Below are positions 7,781 through 12,816 of a stretch of DNA of 12,816 nt, piece by piece (the first letter of the stretch is position 1; each line of letters starts with the position of its first letter). A program made the translations under genes and the position numbers. The DNA is from Vulcanisaeta sp. AZ3 (GTDB taxonomy: Archaea; Thermoproteota; Thermoprotei; Thermoproteales; Thermocladiaceae): the NCBI GenBank assembly GCA_000960865.2, contig JZWU02000037.1:1-12816 (forward strand), in the 5' to 3' direction. The notes beneath the pieces were generated by a model, which was given only the letters and a program-made list of their open reading frames with translations, ran no database searches and was not told the DNA's origin.

Positions 7781-8962
7781 ATGGTCTCGAGAATTATAAT
7801 CGTGGGTGGTGGAATAGGTGGTATGACGGTAGCGAACACCCTAGTCGATTACAAATCACCCGCTGAGATAACAGTAATAACACCAAACCCACACTACTTC
7901 GCAGGACCAAGCAGACCATTACTCCTAACCAATGAGCAGAAGTATGAGCGCATAATTAGGGGTTATGAAGAGGTGGGCAGAAAGGGCATTAGGGTAATGT
8001 TTGGTTACGTAACATCAATAGACCCAGAAAATAGGAAGGTCATAATTAACGAAGGCCAGACAACTAGTTCAACACAGAGGGAGCTTCAGTACGACTATTT
8101 AGTACTTGCACCAGGCGTTGTTTTTGATGGTAGCCGCATAAATGGCTATGATAAGTACTGGCACAGGAATACCACGGTTTACGACCCAGGCAGAGTTCAC
8201 GTGCTAAAGAGTAGGGTGTGGAGTGCTGAGGGTGGTAAGGTCGTGGTTTATGCACCGAAGGCACCATATAGATGCGCACCAGCACCGACAGAGACAGCAT
8301 TATTAATAGATACGATACTTAGACATAGAGGTGTTAGGGATAGGTTCGAGATAATACACATAGACGCTAACGACAAGACCCAACCACCAGTAATAGCAGA
8401 CGTGGTTGCCAAATTATATGAGGAGCGAGGCATTAGGCTTATCACGAATCAAGAAATCATCGAAATAACAGATAGGGAAGTAATAACCAGGAGTGGTGAG
8501 AAGTATCAATACGACATATTAGCAGCACTCGAACCAAACAGAATCCCAGACTTCATTAGAAATGCCGGACTTGGTAATGATTGGGTCGACATCAGATCCC
8601 CACAGGATCTCAGACACCCCAGGTATGATGATGTATTGACAGTTGGTGATGCAGCTAAACTACCATTCCCAAAGAACCAAGAGATAGCCTTTGAAAGCGG
8701 TTTATTCGCGGCTAATAAGTTAATGGAGATGCTTGGCATGAACTCTAAGGCTAACGTGCAGTATGGTTTTGTTGGTTGGACTTACGTAGGCAACCAGGAC
8801 GGTAAGTTAGAAAGCCTGGCTGTTAGGTTTAGCTTTGACTACTCAACACAACCACCAAAGCCATCCAAAGACCCAGAGCCCAAGAGAGATTATTCATTAA
8901 ACAAGGATAATTGGGAACAGACATACCTAAATAGACTGTTTAATTACGGCTATACACAGTGA
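7781..8962 (+). CDS. FAD-dependent oxidoreductase, sulfide:quinone oxidoreductase / flavocytochrome c sulfide dehydrogenase (SQR/FccB) family
   Basis: [27 protein letters not shown] (FccB-type RCPPGPYE), VLTVGDA, PFPKN. Confidence 0.85.
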   Translation: MVSRIIIVGGGIGGMTVANTLVDYKSPAEITVITPNPHYFAGPSRPLLLTNEQKYERIIRGYEEVGRKGIRVMFGYVTSIDPENRKVIINEGQTTSSTQRELQYDYLVLAPGVVFDGSRINGYDKYWHRNTTVYDPGRVHVLKSRVWSAEGGKVVVYAPKAPYRCAPAPTETALLIDTILRHRGVRDRFEIIHIDANDKTQPPVIADVVAKLYEERGIRLITNQEIIEITDREVITRSGEKYQYDILAALEPNRIPDFIRNAGLGNDWVDIRSPQDLRHPRYDDVLTVGDAAKLPFPKNQEIAFESGLFAANKLMEMLGMNSKANVQYGFVGWTYVGNQDGKLESLAVRFSFDYSTQPPKPSKDPEPKRDYSLNKDNWEQTYLNRLFNYGYTQ

Positions 8963-9035
8963 GTCATAAATACAATTACTTTAATTCACTGGTCTTAAGG
9001 TTAAGCTTTTAATTCGCGTTACTTGCTTAGGGGCT

Positions 9036-9617
9036 GTGGTTATTAAGATAAAGGAGCCCAGGGGTACATTAGCTGAGGATATTATTTATCATGCTAAGGC
9101 ATTAATAACGGGTTTTAAGGAAGTCGTGGAACCCAATAGATTAACAATCCAATACCCAAGAGAACTCAGGTGGGTTACCGAGAGATTCAGGGGTTGGATA
9201 TTACTTGACATTAAGAAATGCATATCCTGCTTCCAATGCGCCTGGGCATGCCCAGTAAATGCCATACAAATGTATAGAGCAACCAATGGTAAGTGGTACC
9301 CTGGAATTAGATATACCGAGTGCATACTCTGTCACTTCTGTGTTGATGCCTGCCCTGTCAATGCATTAATCCCAACCCCAATCCACGATGTTGCCTATGT
9401 GAATTTTGATGAGGTAAAATTCAAGCCTGAGGACATGTCTAGGCCTCCGGAGTACGTCTATGATGAGGCAGAGAGGGTTATTAAGTACGAGGTTAAGGAC
9501 GGCAAACTCCTGAAGATTGCAATGCCAAAGGATGAGATTAAACGCAGGTTAGAGGAGCTTGATAAAGTAATTGAGAGGTCTGGCGGTACTCAATCAACGA
9601 CCGAATCAGCAACCTAG
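9036..9617 (+). CDS. nuoI: NADH-quinone oxidoreductase subunit I-like 2[4Fe-4S] ferredoxin
   Basis: LTIQYPRE...RFRG, CISCFQCAWACP and CILCHFCVDACP. Own TATA-like GCTTTTAAT at 9005-9013. Confidence 0.88.
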   Translation: MVIKIKEPRGTLAEDIIYHAKALITGFKEVVEPNRLTIQYPRELRWVTERFRGWILLDIKKCISCFQCAWACPVNAIQMYRATNGKWYPGIRYTECILCHFCVDACPVNALIPTPIHDVAYVNFDEVKFKPEDMSRPPEYVYDEAERVIKYEVKDGKLLKIAMPKDEIKRRLEELDKVIERSGGTQSTTESAT

Positions 9618-9662
9618 TTCCATGCGTAAGCATTTTTATCCTTAGAATGATCATTAACACAC

Positions 9663-10274
9663 ATGACGCCTCTAAATACACCAATGAGTATTAAAGCTAG
9701 GACGGGTATTAAAATACCGAAATTCCCAAGCGTAATCAGCGGCGGCATTAGAATACTAAGTGAGGCAAACTTCGAATTCGGAGTTCAACTTGACAAGTCC
9801 AAACTACTTAAGCTAATTGCCTTTGGAATTGCAAGCCCGACCGAACTCACAAGAAGAACAGGAATACCAAGGACGAGGGTGTTTAGGTACTTAAATGCCT
9901 TAATTAAGCATGGTTGGTTAGTCAGGAGGGATGGTGGTTATTACCTAGCCGCAACAATATTCCTTGTTTACAGGGTTAGGAAGTTCAATGATTACACAGC
10001 CCTCGAGGTCCTCAATGACAAGGGCGCAGTGGTTGACCAAAAGGCTGGTCTTGTCATTATTAATGGTAAGGAGTCACCGAGAGCATGCCCAAGGTGTCCA
10101 TTGCTTGAGGAGTGCACGAGCAATATTAAAAGCATTAGCCACCTCCTAAACATCACTATTAAATCAGCAACACCCGCCGATGCATACCTAGAATTAATAA
10201 GTGCAATAATAGATGAGGGGTTAGTCAAAATGCTCCTCAATAATTACATAGACCTACACGCCAACAACCCTTGA
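9663..10274 (+). CDS. Winged HTH transcriptional regulator (TrmB/ArsR-like) with a C-terminal CxxCx5C motif
   Basis: SPTELTRRTGIPRTRVFRYLNALIKHGWLVRRDGGYYL and CPRCPLLEEC. Alternative start ATG 9684. Confidence 0.75.
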   Translation: MTPLNTPMSIKARTGIKIPKFPSVISGGIRILSEANFEFGVQLDKSKLLKLIAFGIASPTELTRRTGIPRTRVFRYLNALIKHGWLVRRDGGYYLAATIFLVYRVRKFNDYTALEVLNDKGAVVDQKAGLVIINGKESPRACPRCPLLEECTSNIKSISHLLNITIKSATPADAYLELISAIIDEGLVKMLLNNYIDLHANNP

Positions 10275-10309
10275 TTTTTAAGTGACGAGGGAAAAATCCC
10301 ACCAACAAC

Positions 10310-11188
10310 TCACTTCATGTATTGTTTCACTAACTTAACAACCTCAGTCGGCGTCTTAGCCACAGGCACCCCAACCTCCTGAAAAGCCTTAACCTTACTC
10401 TCATACGACCCCATACCCATACTCACAATCGCACCGGCATGACCCATCCTCTTACCCGGCGGCGCAGTCCTACCACTTATGTAAGCCACGACAGGCTTCG
10501 AAACCTTACCAGAACCAATATACTGAGCCAACCTCTCCTCCATTGTACCACCAATCTCACCAATAACAACAATATACTTAGTCTCAGGATCCTCCTCAAA
10601 CATCTTAACAACCTCAAGTGTATCAGTACCTATTATTGGATCACCACCAATACCAACAACGGTCGATTGCCCAATACCAGCCTGAGTTAAGTGGTAGGAT
10701 ATTTCATACGTCAAGGTCCCACTCCTCGAAACGATACCCACAGGGCCTGACTTAGTGTATATGTGATTAGGTAATATCCCCACCTTAGACTTAAGCGGGC
10801 TCACAACACCTGGGCAGTTTGGGCCTATTATCGTTACACCCTTCCTCTTCGCGTAATTCACAAATCTAAGTGCGTCGTGAATTGGTATGTGCTCTGTAAT
10901 AATAACAATCAACTTAATCCCAGCATCAATAGCCTCATAAACAGAATCAGAAGCGAATTTCGCAGGTACGAATATGATTGATGTATTTATGTCAGGAAAC
11001 TTCCTCAGCGCCTCCTCAACAGTGTTAAATACGGGTACACCATGAACTGACTGACCACCCTTACCTGGAGTCACACCGGCGAGTATCTTAGTACCGTACT
11101 GCAGCATGTACTCTGTGTGTCTTGAACCCTCATTGCCTGTTATTCCCTGGACCAGGACCTTCGTATTCTCATTAACCAGTATCGCCAT
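10310..11188 (-). CDS. sucD: Succinyl-CoA synthetase subunit alpha
   Basis: [51 protein letters not shown] (phospho-His). Confidence 0.96.
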   Translation of the reverse strand: MAILVNENTKVLVQGITGNEGSRHTEYMLQYGTKILAGVTPGKGGQSVHGVPVFNTVEEALRKFPDINTSIIFVPAKFASDSVYEAIDAGIKLIVIITEHIPIHDALRFVNYAKRKGVTIIGPNCPGVVSPLKSKVGILPNHIYTKSGPVGIVSRSGTLTYEISYHLTQAGIGQSTVVGIGGDPIIGTDTLEVVKMFEEDPETKYIVVIGEIGGTMEERLAQYIGSGKVSKPVVAYISGRTAPPGKRMGHAGAIVSMGMGSYESKVKAFQEVGVPVAKTPTEVVKLVKQYMK

Positions 11189-11194
11189 GCCCCA

Positions 11195-12324
11195 TCACCC
11201 CCTAACCCCAACCACCTTTGTTAGTGCCTCCATAGCCTCCTCAGCAGTCTCATAAGTTTTAAGCCCAATCTCAGCCAATATCCTCCTACCCTCCTCCTCA
11301 TTCGTCCCCTTCAACCTAATGAATATTGGCTTATTCGTCTTCACTTCATTAAGAGCCTCAATAACACCCTTGGCCACCTCATCACACCTCGTAATACCAC
11401 CAAAGATATTAATCAAAACAGTACTTATCCTATCATCAGTGAGTAACATCTTCAACCCCTCCCTAACAGAATCCTTGCTGGCGCCACCACCAACATCTAG
11501 GAAATCTGCAGGTTCATGCCCAAACTCCTTAACTAAATCCATGGTTGCCATTGTTAAGCCAGCACCATTAGCCATTATACCAACATAACCAGTCAACTCA
11601 ACATAATGAAGACCAAAACTCCTAGCCTCAAGCTCCTCCCTAGTATAATCACCATCCTCAACACTAATGTCCGGATGCCTATAAAGCGAGTTATCATCAA
11701 CCATAACCTTAACATCCAAAGCCACTAACTGCCCATCAACGGTCAAAGCCAATGGATTTATCTCCACAAGCTCCGCATCATACTCTGTAAACACACGATA
11801 CATAGCCCTAGCAACATTCACAAAATCCTGAGCAGCAGAACCCTCCAAACCAAGCCCCTGAGCCACATTCCTAATCATATAGTCCCTAAGCCCCTCATAA
11901 TCATCTATGTAAAGCCTTACAATCTTCTCAGGGCTCTTCCTAGCCACCTCCTCAATATCAACACCTCCCTCACTCGACGCAAGCATTAAGTAACCCCTAT
12001 TCTCCCTGTCCAGAGTTATTGATACATAGAGCTCCTTAGCCACATTAACACCCTCCTCAAAGAGAACCTTCCTAATTGGAAAGTCCTGAATAACCCTACC
12101 CAAGTACTCCCTAGCAGCCTTCTCAGCATCAGCCAACGTATCAACCCTCCTAACAAGCCCCATCTTAGCCCTACCAGCAAAGGGCACCTGAGACTTAGCA
12201 AACAATGGAAACTTCATGCCACTCAATACCCCAATATCCTTCATATCACCAATAACAACCCCCTCGGTATCTTAACACCATACTTATTCAACAATTCCTT
12301 ACCTTTATACTCTAGAAGCCTCAC
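11195..12324 (-). CDS. sucC: Succinyl-CoA synthetase subunit beta, interrupted by a 1-nt frameshift at 12259-12263 as sequenced
   Basis: GTG 12324 gives MRLLEYKGKELLNKYGVKIPRG (conserved SucC N-terminus) in a different frame from the body (KELYVS, EGGVDIEE, EINPL, NGAGLTMATMD, NIFGGITRCD, GTNEEEG). One extra G joins them into a 376-aa protein. Confidence 0.9.
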
Positions 12325-12420
12325 GCATTAACGCAATGCGCAACTGGCATTTAAATATTTACATTCTATAAACGATGTCGAGAACAAAAACCCTTAATAC
12401 ACGCTATCATAACTAACATA

Positions 12421-12816
12421 ATGACCTCACTCAATGAGTTAATAAAAGAGCTCAGGATTAACGAGATACTCACAGCCCTAATCACAGCATACAAAGCAAA
12501 AAACATAGACTACCTACAATCAGCACTTGCCCTAATCCACGACGAATTCACATACACAATAGCCAACAACGAGGAATTAACAAAGGACGAATTAGAAAAA
12601 GCATCAATACTAAACGCCCTATACTACATAGACCTAGGACTAATCAAATCAATTAAAGGCGATATTAAGAACATCGATATGCATGCATTACTCACAAACG
12701 CAATTAAAGAAAACGACGCCACAAGCCTCGCCCAAGCCCTAACAACAGCAACAGCAAAAGCACTAAACAACGACTACACATGGATGAATGAATCAGCTAA
12801 AATACTGCATGAAAGC
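12421..12816 (+). CDS. Hypothetical helical protein, 3'-truncated by the window edge (not in the ORF track)
   Basis: ATG 12421 opens MTSLNELIKELRINEILTALITAYKAKNIDYLQSALALIHDEF..., with no stop for 132 codons. BRE/TATA-like AAAAACCCTTAATA at 12386-12399. Confidence 0.8.
   Translation, partial: MTSLNELIKELRINEILTALITAYKAKNIDYLQSALALIHDEFTYTIANNEELTKDELEKASILNALYYIDLGLIKSIKGDIKNIDMHALLTNAIKENDATSLAQALTTATAKALNNDYTWMNESAKILHES

Noticed and set aside
10289-10300. GGGA-AAAA-TCCC hairpin and GTGACGA C-box-like word between convergent genes
   Set aside because: The stem is only 4 bp and no D box follows, so support is insufficient.
12242-12244. ATG 12244 as the true sucC start
   Set aside because: The conserved N-terminus and a TATA-like ATTTAAAT (12349-12356) point to GTG 12324.

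Overview
Gene-dense archaeal window, most likely Thermoproteales (Vulcanisaeta/Caldivirga-like). This assignment is inferred from AGG-dominated Arg codons, many GTG starts about 25 nt downstream of TATA-like boxes, and gene content. It is mostly housekeeping and energy metabolism: ClC-family 3' end, aldo/keto reductase, stand-alone 2-oxoacid:ferredoxin oxidoreductase beta, 2H phosphoesterase, CbiZ, OCD/mu-crystallin family, MobA/MocA-like transferase, PDCD5-like protein, SQR/FCSD-family flavoprotein, stand-alone NuoI, HTH regulator and sucCD. Features missing from the ORF track are the most notable. (i) Two intergenic box C/D guide sRNAs; the guides of one match 23S rRNA H69 and the adjacent H71 region as recalled from memory. 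(ii) A one-base frameshift in a G5 run that cuts off the conserved SucC N-terminus. (iii) Degenerate IS200/IS605-type end hairpins with no transposase. (iv) A partial ORF at the right edge. I see no convincing evidence for a large novel system. The best speculative candidate is the single-cysteine SQR-like gene followed by nuoI and a Cys-motif HTH regulator.
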